Source: a virus. From it: 64,000 nt of DNA. Made by a program: the position numbers and the translations under genes. The stretch lies in the IMG/VR virus record IMGVR_UViG_3300049491_000419, positions 27,483 through 91,482 of that record. One strand, written 5' to 3'. The stretch's first letter is position 1, and each line of letters begins with the position of its first letter. Under the pieces are notes generated by a model. That model had not been told where the DNA came from. It ran no database searches and was given only the letters and a program-made list of their open reading frames with translations. Of this stretch, positions 19,437-27,822 are shown piece after piece.

Positions 19437-20147
19437 ATGGCTACACAAGATGGAAATATTGCATATGATATGTTATTTGTTGATGAATTTTATCATCACG
19501 CATATCCCGATGGCACTGATGAACATAAAAGTTTCTATGTAGATACAGTTCTTCGCGGTGAAATACAAATATCTACATTCATTGAAAATGCCATTGCAAA
19601 GGCTGGTGGCCTTGAAAGAAACAGTAAGTTTGCAATGGATTTAGATGATGGTTCGGAGGTTAAGAGCGCTGTAAGCTCATACAGAAACAATCACGTTATT
19701 AAGGGTCAATGGATGCATACTTATGAAATAAGTAATGTTCATACAAAGACCGGACCATTAAGAATTGTTGGGTATAACAAGATTATCAAAAAGTTTGAGT
19801 TTTATTTTATACCTAATTCTGCATTTTCACATCTAAAGGGAGTTCTAACACTGCCGATAGAAACATATAGTGGATATTATGCATCATTGGGTATGTCTCC
19901 AACTTTTACAGGGGTTCGAACTAGCGATAGCAAATGGCATCAATATCAAGTGGCTGATTTTATCACAATGTGCAAGATGCGAGCACCGACTCCACCGAAT
20001 ATTTCTTTACCAGTTGTTGATTCTGACATTTTGACCAAAAATGATCCCATTCCACAAAACGCCATCCCTTATAGTCAATACATCGAGTGGTTAAAAACTC
20101 GAGATTCTCAGGAAACACCACCCACTGACCCTTGCGTGATATCTTAA
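19437..20147 (+). CDS. Hypothetical protein, possible PD-(D/E)xK nuclease
   Basis: MDLDDGSEVKS (D...E-x-K) motif, AAGGA SD, own promoter; 3' end overlaps the resolvase on the opposite strand. Confidence 0.55.
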   Translation: MATQDGNIAYDMLFVDEFYHHAYPDGTDEHKSFYVDTVLRGEIQISTFIENAIAKAGGLERNSKFAMDLDDGSEVKSAVSSYRNNHVIKGQWMHTYEISNVHTKTGPLRIVGYNKIIKKFEFYFIPNSAFSHLKGVLTLPIETYSGYYASLGMSPTFTGVRTSDSKWHQYQVADFITMCKMRAPTPPNISLPVVDSDILTKNDPIPQNAIPYSQYIEWLKTRDSQETPPTDPCVIS

Positions 20148-20487
20148 TGAGAATAAGATTTAGATCACCCTCATCCTCGACTTCCTTTTGCTGTGCAATC
20201 CAGGAGTCGAGGATTTTCACATCCGCATACCAGAGTTGATGAAACGGAAAATCAGCATAGGATTTACATTCTATGTTCCAATGCTTCCATGCCTCTGGTG
20301 GATGAATATCACCCTTCTTACCTTGTAGCTGTGCTGAGTCGATTTGAGATTTGCGGAATGTATTCTTCCCGCCAACAAAGGCGCCCGATGATGGAATACG
20401 AAGAAACGATTCTGAATAGGTCTCACTAAGAAACTTAGCTACTTCTAGTTCCCACGCATTACCTTTAGCTTTACTTTTTGATGGCAT
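19963..20487 (-). CDS. Holliday junction resolvase (Hjc-like PD-(D/E)xK)
   Basis: SKAKGNAWELEVAKFL...GDI...IECK. Start probably MPSKS at 20487. Confidence 0.75.
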   Translation of the reverse strand: MPSKSKAKGNAWELEVAKFLSETYSESFLRIPSSGAFVGGKNTFRKSQIDSAQLQGKKGDIHPPEAWKHWNIECKSYADFPFHQLWYADVKILDSWIAQQKEVEDEGDLNLILIKISRKGQWVVFPENLEFLTTRCIDYKGWRFVEWDHFWSKCQNQQLVKKYSVESVLASCTL

Positions 20488-20519
20488 TATAACCCCTGTT
20501 TTCATTATTTACCACCACT

Positions 20520-20528
20520 TGATAAATA
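20520..20528 (+). promoter_or_regulatory. Late promoter box TGATAAATA
   Basis: Upstream of AGGAG SD and ATG 20551. Confidence 0.75.
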
Positions 20529-20550
20529 TAGAAAATTAATAGGAGGACAC

Positions 20551-21135
20551 ATGTTCCCAGTATCATTTGAAAAAGCTATTGATCATGCCATGCTTTACGA
20601 AGTAGGCGGATTTTGGAAGCTTACACCAGACGTAAGAGCAGGACTTATCGACACACCAGCACAAAGAAAAGCGGTAGGTTATGTCGATGATCCACTTGAC
20701 CGTGGTGGTGAGACAAAATTCGGTGTCGCTAAGAATGCTAATCCAGACCTCGATATTACAAATCTTGATTGGGAAACCGCTGAGGCTGTATATTATGACC
20801 GTTATTGGGTTGCAGGTGCTTGCGGCAGTTTGCCACCGCGAGTTGCCGTTCTACACTTTGACGGCTGTGTTAATCACGGCATTAGTAGAGCTAAGAAATT
20901 CTTGCAGGGTGCAGTTGGTGCTGAACAAGACGGAATTGTCGGGAGACAAACTCTAGCAGCAGTTTCCGCTATGGACCCAATTGCTGTATGTGAAAGTATC
21001 TGCTTACAACGTGCAAAATTCTACCGTGACATTGTCGCAGCTAAACCAGCTCAAGAAAGATTCTTAAAGGGTTGGTTGCGTAGAATTGACGAAATGCATA
21101 TCTTTACAACAGATCCATCAGTCACTTTTGAGTAA
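20551..21135 (+). CDS. Glycoside hydrolase family 108 lysozyme with C-terminal peptidoglycan-binding domain (putative endolysin)
   Basis: E.GG...YVDDPLDRGGETKFGV, FDGCVNHG, DGIVG.QT, FLKGWLRR motifs. Confidence 0.88.
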   Translation: MFPVSFEKAIDHAMLYEVGGFWKLTPDVRAGLIDTPAQRKAVGYVDDPLDRGGETKFGVAKNANPDLDITNLDWETAEAVYYDRYWVAGACGSLPPRVAVLHFDGCVNHGISRAKKFLQGAVGAEQDGIVGRQTLAAVSAMDPIAVCESICLQRAKFYRDIVAAKPAQERFLKGWLRRIDEMHIFTTDPSVTFE

Positions 21136-21139
21136 GGAA

Positions 21140-21800
21140 ACAGGGCTTTTTAGCCCTGTGTCAATATTGTCTGCCCACATGCGGCAGCGATGCTAAAATA
21201 GCTTAACAGTTCATACTGTTCAAGCAAATTTACATAGATAGCGGGACTGACGCGCCCCGTGAACGTACAAGGCCACAGCGTATAGGTTTTACACATCAAA
21301 ACTACAAAGCACACAAAACCCAAATCTTTTCTAACTCCCAAAGCAAAATTTCTTTTACACATTATAAGGTTAGCGAGCCTAGTTAATAATTTCGCCGGCG
21401 TGTCTTTCGGAAAGGAGAGCAACAGCCAGTGTCCGCTGAATGTGCAGTGGCAAGATTGTAAGAACGCCACCACTGTGGTAAGTAAGACGATCGATAAAGT
21501 TTGCAGCAAATATGTGAAAACAGGGTATGGTTTGCTGGTCGCGTAAACATTGGCTGAACGATGTTTGCATTGCGATGAGGACAGAAAGATGTTACAACAT
21601 CCGGTCCCCCTTTCGGAACGCTTAATAGCGTGTAGTTGACATAATCAATCCAACACTACAGAAATATTCCGATTCAGAGTCTGGTGACGCTGTCAAGTGT
21701 TCCCTATCTAAGGTTTTAGATACCCTTGGTCTGACTCCTCCGTCAAACTTATCTCTTCTACTGTAGTTTGAGCGAAGCGGCTAAGCCAGAACGAAAAACG
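21140..21800 (+). ncRNA. Putative large structured non-coding RNA (family unknown)
   Basis: About 670-bp intergenic gap with no credible ORF, dense in hairpins and a multi-stem junction; G-U pairs favour the + strand. Confidence 0.55.
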
Positions 21801-21808
21801 AGCGTAGT

Positions 21809-22384
21809 TTACGAAGCGAGTGTTTCGTGAGTGGCGCGGTCTGTAAGACCGACAGCAGTGACATCGCTCTTCTTGTAAATGCGTTTTGCGAGTTTAACCA
21901 CTTCTTGATTCGCTTCTAAGCTAATGTCTACATGTGGTCTCAACTGTATACGAAATATTTCGTTTGAATACGTTTCGACACCCACGACTCCTGTGAACTT
22001 CTGGAAATACAATGTCACAAATGCGCTAAGACGCAACTCCACCTCTCCGATCAGTGATGGTAGTTCTTCCTTCGTTACAGGATCAATGTGACGCATGAGT
22101 TTAATCTCGCCTTTTGTGATGTACATCTCAGTGAACATGTGACGACCTTCTGACTTTTTCATGTAGATGTAACCAGGTTGTCGAACCAATGTCTTTCTGG
22201 AAAATAATTCAATATTGAGTTCTCTATTAGGTAACGTGTCCACTTCATACGGACTCCACTTAATGCTTTGCGCATCAAGTAATCTTGACAGTTCATAAAC
22301 CCAACGGTGCTTAGGATAACGCTCCCAGCATTCGATATCATCCTTAGGGATGTCGAACTCTTGCGTGTCTGTTTTTCTGTGCAT
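21809..22384 (-). CDS. Hypothetical protein (191 aa)
   Basis: GAGG SD before ATG; follows the gp51-like frame; protein-like composition. Confidence 0.8.
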   Translation of the reverse strand: MHRKTDTQEFDIPKDDIECWERYPKHRWVYELSRLLDAQSIKWSPYEVDTLPNRELNIELFSRKTLVRQPGYIYMKKSEGRHMFTEMYITKGEIKLMRHIDPVTKEELPSLIGEVELRLSAFVTLYFQKFTGVVGVETYSNEIFRIQLRPHVDISLEANQEVVKLAKRIYKKSDVTAVGLTDRATHETLAS

Positions 22385-22393
22385 ATGTACCTC

Positions 22394-22627
22394 TTACATG
22401 TATTCCTTGGCGTTTGGATTTTGCGCCTTTAGTTTCCTGTTGATTACCTTAATAAAAATCTCTCTGTCTTCAAAGCTTGCACCCCATAAGCTATTCCATT
22501 CAATACCGCCACCCATGTGGAGAGCGATCTCGGCCATTTGTTCTCTAAGAGCAAACGAATCCCTGACATATGATTGAATGAGGTCACCTAATTGTTCAGG
22601 TGGTAAAAAGATTAGTGACCTTATGAA
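22394..22627 (-). CDS. gp51-like baseplate/tail assembly segment, probably reached by -1 frameshift from the gp26-like gene (not in ORF track)
   Basis: Open frame FIRSLIFLPPEQLGDLIQSYVRDSFALREQMAEIALHMGGGIEWNSLWGASFEDREIFIKVINRKLKAQNPNAKEYM*. First ATG is at 22537; the frame overlaps the end of gp26 at AAATTTT. Confidence 0.7.
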   Translation of the reverse strand, partial: FIRSLIFLPPEQLGDLIQSYVRDSFALREQMAEIALHMGGGIEWNSLWGASFEDREIFIKVINRKLKAQNPNAKEYM

Positions 22628-22633
22628 AAATTT
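22581..22633 (-). promoter_or_regulatory. -1 programmed ribosomal frameshift signal (A AAT TTT plus downstream hairpin)
   Basis: X XXY YYZ heptamer at 22633-22627 in the gp26 frame; 5-nt spacer; stem AGGTCAC-TAAT / ATTA-G-GTGACCT (22621-22581). Confidence 0.65.
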
Positions 22634-23469
22634 ACAGGATTAAAGTCAATTTCGCTTTCCCATTCGTGAGTGCATTTTTCGCACTTAGCTGTGAAGGAAC
22701 GCTTAATACCAATTTGGTTAATCTCATCGATTAGGTCGCCGATCTTGTCTACACTTTTCTTATCAATATTTTGTAGAAAGTCTTTAATGAACTTTGGGTC
22801 TGAAACATTAATGCCTTGCGAATCATCAACAACCTTAACGACACCAGCAGTCATTAGTTCAAACTTAATGATTGCTACTTGCTTAAATGATGTGGTGAAA
22901 ATTGCAGACCTTTGCTCATCTGAGAGCGTCTGGCTTTCGATTGCTCTTGAAAGCTTTGTTTGTTCAAACTGTGCATGTAACGCTTTTAGCAATTCAGGGA
23001 ATGAATAAGGCTTAACAAATACTGACAATCCGTTATCCAAATTGATAACATATTCTGGCTCAAGTTCTGCCATATTGTCAAGTGCATATTGTAAGTCGAG
23101 TTTGAAGGTATTCTCGTGAGTACATTTTGGGCACTTTAATGTAGTTTCAAGCGCATCGTTGTATGTTGCATAACGAATTGCTGTAATCAGTGCGTCAATG
23201 TCGTTTGTTAATAGAGCGCGTGGCTGCTTCACAGCAGGCACGCAACTTGTAAGGACTTCGATTAAAGCCTCACCATTTAATAATGCGTCTGGATTCTTAA
23301 GGGCAAGTTCGTCCTTGCCAGTCATAGGCAGAATGCCAATTTCACCCTTATCTGTGAATTCAATGATACCCGGCTTGTAATAACTTGTGCCGCTAGGAAC
23401 TTTCAAGTACATCTTGAACTGCCTAAAATATTGCTTTAGCGGGTTGTTTTGCTGTACGGATGGTTCCAT
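22621..23469 (-). CDS. gp26: Baseplate hub assembly protein, gp26-like
   Basis: NPLKQYFRQ...LPMTGKDEL.LKNPDALLNG...D.DAL..AIR.ATY, two CxxC motifs, ends DFNPVNFS. Confidence 0.75.
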   Translation of the reverse strand: MEPSVQQNNPLKQYFRQFKMYLKVPSGTSYYKPGIIEFTDKGEIGILPMTGKDELALKNPDALLNGEALIEVLTSCVPAVKQPRALLTNDIDALITAIRYATYNDALETTLKCPKCTHENTFKLDLQYALDNMAELEPEYVINLDNGLSVFVKPYSFPELLKALHAQFEQTKLSRAIESQTLSDEQRSAIFTTSFKQVAIIKFELMTAGVVKVVDDSQGINVSDPKFIKDFLQNIDKKSVDKIGDLIDEINQIGIKRSFTAKCEKCTHEWESEIDFNPVNFS

Positions 23470-23491
23470 ATTAATACCTCTGAAAATGTTT

Positions 23492-23500
23492 TGATAAATA
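23492..23500 (+). promoter_or_regulatory. Late promoter box TGATAAATA (tape measure/head operon)
   Basis: Intergenic, upstream of ATG 23551. Confidence 0.7.
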
Positions 23501-23520
23501 GTATTGATTGATCTTTCACT

Positions 23521-23529
23521 TATTTATCA
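23521..23529 (-). promoter_or_regulatory. Late promoter box TGATAAATA (gp26 operon)
   Basis: Intergenic, upstream of GAGG SD and ATG 23469. Confidence 0.7.
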
Positions 23530-23550
23530 CGGGACTTAACCTGACTTTTT

Positions 23551-25671
23551 ATGGCTGATAATTCTGTCTTTATTACTGGCGCCGCAGAAGGCGCGTTTGC
23601 AGAAGCGTTAAACGGTATCCCTCCTTGGGCTACACAGAAAACCGCTGAAGACATCGAGAAGGTTCTTAACAAATTATTAGGTGTTCAGTCTAAAGCCTTA
23701 GCACAAGCTATCAAATGCTGCAAGGGTGCAGGTGGTGATAATTCGGGTACTTCAAAGCAAGTTAATGATGAATTAGATAAGCTTGCTAAGAATCTAAAGC
23801 GTACAAACGAAGAAGATGCTAAGAAAAAGAAGCGCGATAAAGAATTAGAAAAATCCGAAAAAGATGAACTAACTCGTGGCAAGAAGAAAAAGCTACAAGA
23901 CGAACTTCTAACACGAGGCCTTAACGCAGTTATTGGTGCTGGTCTAAAGATTAATGCAATTCAGAAACAGTATTTCACTACTTCTGAGGACTTGTTTAAG
24001 TCTGGTGTAAATTTACTAAATGGAAATGATACTACTACAAGTAGTATGATGTCCTTAAATCAAATTGTAACACTTACCGGCCTAAGATTAGAAACATTTC
24101 AGAAAGTTGTTGAAAAGTATAATTCGTCAATTAATGCAGTTGGTGTAAGTAAGTTTGCAAAGACGCTTTCTCTAACATCAACAAAACTAATTGCACTAGG
24201 ATACAATTCTGAGCAGCAGGCCGAATTGCTTGGTACACTTGTTGAATCAGAAAGCGAATACATGGATATTCGCAACAAATCACAGGAGCAACTTGCAGAT
24301 GATGCTCAGCGTCTAGGCAAACAGATGACACGATTGTCTCTTTTAACTGGACAAACCAATGAAAAGTTACAAGAAAACTTAAAATCCCTTGCAAAAAACA
24401 CCGATAGTACAGTCGTTGCGGCTGTGTACGGGGATGAGGCAGCAAAGCGTTTGAACGTTTTTGCATCGTCTTTTAAAGATGCAGACATTGGTGCAATGTT
24501 CCAGAAACTTGCGGCAGCAACACAACCTGCTATTACAAAAACATTCCAAGCATTGGCGCAAGCCGGTCAAGCACCTCTCGCTGAAGAATTTACACGAATT
24601 GCAACAGCAGCAAGAGACGGTGCAATTTCAGCAGAACAAGCACAGAAGCAGACAACAGATTTAGCACAACGAGTAAACAGCACAACACTCCAGAGTTTAG
24701 CATTGCTTGCAGATAAGGGTGTAGAAGGTGCTGCAGAAACTCTAAGCGTAATTACAAAGCTTCGTGCTCAGGGTAATACAACATCAAAGGCAACAGAAGG
24801 ACAGGTTGACGCAGCAATTGCAGCACAATCCTCATTGTCACGATTCTCAACCGCACTTGAGAAGACACAATCTCTTGCACAAAGAGCATTTCCGTTGTTA
24901 GAAAAACAAGTCGACCTAGCGTCAGGAGCATTAGAGAAATTCAATAAGGTAGTCATGGCAGCTACCGATCTTTTCAGTGCCGAGACACGCAGTTGGATTG
25001 CTATTGGTGTTGAAGTGTTTGCAGGTCTTGCTTTCTTAGCTCGAGGTACAAAAGGATTAACGGGTGGTTTTGACCTTTTAAAGACTGGCGCAACAATGCT
25101 ATGGGATGGTATTAAGTTTCTTGGAAGTGGCATTATGAGTGCAGGCCGTGCATTATTTGGATTACTAAACCCAGTTGGAAAGGTAATTGCAGCATTTGCA
25201 GCAGGCTATGCAATTGGCACAATCATTTACGAAATGATTTCTAAATTTGATTGGTTTAATAACATGATGGATAAGATCTTTGCAGGCCTTGATCACGTCA
25301 TGAAATACATTCCTGGATTATCGGGAGATGCCAAGGAACGTATTGCAACAAGAGAAAAGATTGCAGCTCAAGCCCAGGCTCAAGCATCGGCAAAGAAATC
25401 AACAATTTCTGTACCTAAGGAACCTGCACAGACTACTATTAAGAGTCCATCAGCAGTTCCACCAAGTCCAGAAAAAACTACGGTATCTCCTAGTGGCGAA
25501 CCTGTTGCAGCAACACCATCTCTTGCCGCAACCGTACCTCCACCAAGTTCAAACGACATAAATAGCGTAATGACTTACCAAACCTCGATTTTAGTGCAGC
25601 TTCTAGAAACTTCACAAAACTTAGTATCGGTAAACAAAGACATTCTAAGATACACTAAGGCACATTCATGA
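23551..25671 (+). CDS. Tape-measure-like protein (706 aa)
   Basis: Ala/Gln/Lys-rich helical sequence with hydrophobic Gly/Ala segments near the C-terminus; divergent from gp26/gp51-like genes. Confidence 0.6.
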   Translation: MADNSVFITGAAEGAFAEALNGIPPWATQKTAEDIEKVLNKLLGVQSKALAQAIKCCKGAGGDNSGTSKQVNDELDKLAKNLKRTNEEDAKKKKRDKELEKSEKDELTRGKKKKLQDELLTRGLNAVIGAGLKINAIQKQYFTTSEDLFKSGVNLLNGNDTTTSSMMSLNQIVTLTGLRLETFQKVVEKYNSSINAVGVSKFAKTLSLTSTKLIALGYNSEQQAELLGTLVESESEYMDIRNKSQEQLADDAQRLGKQMTRLSLLTGQTNEKLQENLKSLAKNTDSTVVAAVYGDEAAKRLNVFASSFKDADIGAMFQKLAAATQPAITKTFQALAQAGQAPLAEEFTRIATAARDGAISAEQAQKQTTDLAQRVNSTTLQSLALLADKGVEGAAETLSVITKLRAQGNTTSKATEGQVDAAIAAQSSLSRFSTALEKTQSLAQRAFPLLEKQVDLASGALEKFNKVVMAATDLFSAETRSWIAIGVEVFAGLAFLARGTKGLTGGFDLLKTGATMLWDGIKFLGSGIMSAGRALFGLLNPVGKVIAAFAAGYAIGTIIYEMISKFDWFNNMMDKIFAGLDHVMKYIPGLSGDAKERIATREKIAAQAQAQASAKKSTISVPKEPAQTTIKSPSAVPPSPEKTTVSPSGEPVAATPSLAATVPPPSSNDINSVMTYQTSILVQLLETSQNLVSVNKDILRYTKAHS

Positions 25672-27410
25672 CCTGGAAGAAATTTTTTAAGCCCGTTAAC
25701 TCTGTCCTACCGGTCACACAGCGAGCAGTCGATTCTACATCGGCCTATGCCTCTACGTCTAAGTATAGTAACTGGCTTCCAGAAGTATATGCAGGTCCAC
25801 CTGATAGATTGCAGCGTTATGCAGTTTATGATCAGATGAACTTTGACCACGAAATTCATGCAGCCCTTGATACCATTGCAGACTTTGGTACAGAACCAGA
25901 TGAAGTGACAGAATTGCCTCTAGTTCTAAAATACAACGATGATCCAACACCCTCTGAAATTCAGATTCTAGAAAAATCGTTGGGACAATGGTGCAGATTG
26001 AATAAGCTTAATAAGCGCATCTGGTCTATGTTCCGTTCTACATTGGTTTATGGTGATCAATTTTTCTTGCGTGATCCGGAAACATTTAAACTCTATTGGA
26101 TTGATCCGGCTAAGGTAGAGAAAGTCATTGTCAACGAATCCGATGGCAAGAAAATTGAATCCTATTTTATTAAGGACATCGATCTAAACATTAAGGGTCT
26201 TGTTGCAACTAATCAGTTGAACAAACTTTCTAATGAAGCATTTGGTGCCAACAGTGTTGTATTTTCACCACCTATGCAAGGTAACATGAATTATGTTTCT
26301 GGTGGCTTTGGCGGAGCAGGTACAGCAAACTATCAAGACGGCGGAGCTACGGCAGTAGATGCTGAACATATTGTGCAACTGTCCCTGACAGATGGCATGA
26401 ATGCTGCTTGGCCCTTTGGTCTAAGTATCCTTGAGCAAATTTACAAGGTTTACAAACAAAAAGAACTGCTTGAAGACTCTATTCTTATCTATCGTGTACA
26501 CCGCGCACCTGAGCGCCGTGTCTTCTTTATTGACGTCGGTACTATGCCACCTAACAAGGCGCAGCAGTACCTTGAGCGTGTTCGTTACGAAGTACAGCAA
26601 AAGCGTATTCCAAGTAGAACTGGCGGCGGCGCTAATGTGGTTGATTCGACATATAATCCAATGTCTATCTTGGAAGACTATTTCTTTGCTGTAACGAGTG
26701 AAGGTCGTGGATCTAAAGTTGAAGTATTGCCCGGCGGTGAGAACTTAGGTGATATTGACGACTTGCGTTATTTCAATAACAAGATGCTACGTGCTTTGGG
26801 TGTTCCAAGTTCGTACTTGCCGACAGGTCCGGAAGATGGTACATCAACCGTTAGTGATGGGCGTGTTGGTTCGGCATTTATTCAAGAGTTTAGATTTGCA
26901 AAGGTTGTAACTCGTTATCAACAACAGGTTATTGAACCGATTGATTTAGAATTTAAGCTTTTCCTTAAGCGTCGTGGGGTAACAATTGATAATAGCTTGT
27001 TTGAGCTTGCGTTTACACCAGCACAATCATTCTCTGAGTATCGTCAGCTTGAACTTGATGCAGCACGTATCAATACATTTACAGCATTGACAGATATTTC
27101 GTTTGTCTCTAAGAGATTCATCTTAAAGACCTATTTGGGTTGGACAGAAGCACAGCTTGAAGAAAACGAGCGTATGTGGAAAGAAGAGCGTAGTCGCCTA
27201 ACTAAGACATTTGCACCTAATGCAGGGGCAGGTGGAGCAGCAGGTGGTGGATTAGGTGGTATGGGCGGTGGCTCAGCACCAGCTGGACTTTCTGATGTTG
27301 GTATTACAAGCTCGGGCATTGATGATATGGCACCCGATGCCGAAGGTGTCGAGGGAGAAGAAGGAGCCCCTGTATCTGATACAGAGGTAGATAGCTTCGG
27401 GGAACAATAA
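25668..27410 (+). CDS. gp20: Portal protein gp20
   Basis: LEDSILIYRVHRAPERRVFFIDVG.MPP.KA.QY, EDYFF, LPGGENLGDIDDLRYF, ALGVPSSYL. Confidence 0.95.
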   Translation: MTWKKFFKPVNSVLPVTQRAVDSTSAYASTSKYSNWLPEVYAGPPDRLQRYAVYDQMNFDHEIHAALDTIADFGTEPDEVTELPLVLKYNDDPTPSEIQILEKSLGQWCRLNKLNKRIWSMFRSTLVYGDQFFLRDPETFKLYWIDPAKVEKVIVNESDGKKIESYFIKDIDLNIKGLVATNQLNKLSNEAFGANSVVFSPPMQGNMNYVSGGFGGAGTANYQDGGATAVDAEHIVQLSLTDGMNAAWPFGLSILEQIYKVYKQKELLEDSILIYRVHRAPERRVFFIDVGTMPPNKAQQYLERVRYEVQQKRIPSRTGGGANVVDSTYNPMSILEDYFFAVTSEGRGSKVEVLPGGENLGDIDDLRYFNNKMLRALGVPSSYLPTGPEDGTSTVSDGRVGSAFIQEFRFAKVVTRYQQQVIEPIDLEFKLFLKRRGVTIDNSLFELAFTPAQSFSEYRQLELDAARINTFTALTDISFVSKRFILKTYLGWTEAQLEENERMWKEERSRLTKTFAPNAGAGGAAGGGLGGMGGGSAPAGLSDVGITSSGIDDMAPDAEGVEGEEGAPVSDTEVDSFGEQ

Positions 27411-27418
27411 GATAAATA
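27411..27418 (+). promoter_or_regulatory. Late promoter box GATAAATA
   Basis: 6 nt upstream of ATG 27425. Confidence 0.65.
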
Positions 27419-27424
27419 GGTATT

Positions 27425-27649
27425 ATGAAAGCTAAAGATTTACTTGTTGAATTCTATGACCCTGCCGATGATGAACTGGGGCAAGCAAAGATGGATGACA
27501 CTCGTCGTCCACGCTTAACTATGCTTCATTTGCAAAAACTTAGGAAATCACGCGATGCTGAAAAGTACGAAACTGCTCAGCACCTTAACTTCCTACCCGA
27601 TATGTATAGTCCTCCACCCGAGGAAGCTGGCGCGCCCGCCGGCCTATAA
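27425..27649 (+). CDS. Small head-module protein (74 aa)
   Basis: Between portal and core genes; DTRRPRLTMLHLQKLRK motif. Confidence 0.75.
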   Translation: MKAKDLLVEFYDPADDELGQAKMDDTRRPRLTMLHLQKLRKSRDAEKYETAQHLNFLPDMYSPPPEEAGAPAGL

Positions 27650-27822
27650 AGTAGTTTTTTATCTCGGCCCGACCGAGACTAAATAACTCTGCGAATCCGC
27701 ACTTCTCTAAAAGTGGCTCTTTTATGGCCATTTCCTCCTATATTCCCCTTCTCCGGGTTAAATACCTAGAATACCACTCTATGTGGAATTTTGGAACTTT
27801 AACTAATCAGGGAGAGATTGGA

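Noticed and set aside
21150-21570. 119-aa and 63-aa minus-strand ORFs in the intergenic island
   Set aside because: Non-ATG starts, no SD, atypical composition; better explained as non-coding structured sequence.
21140-21800. tmRNA, RNase P RNA or group I/II intron identity for the structured island
   Set aside because: No tRNA-like ends or ALAA-type tag, no GAGGAAAGUCC, no convincing P7 or domain V motifs; the flanking genes are intact and convergent, so there are no exons to join.
27724-27822. Longer N-termini given by the ORF track (also at 15589, 49262, 57717, 61839)
   Set aside because: SD sequences and promoter boxes lie inside these extensions, pointing to downstream ATGs.
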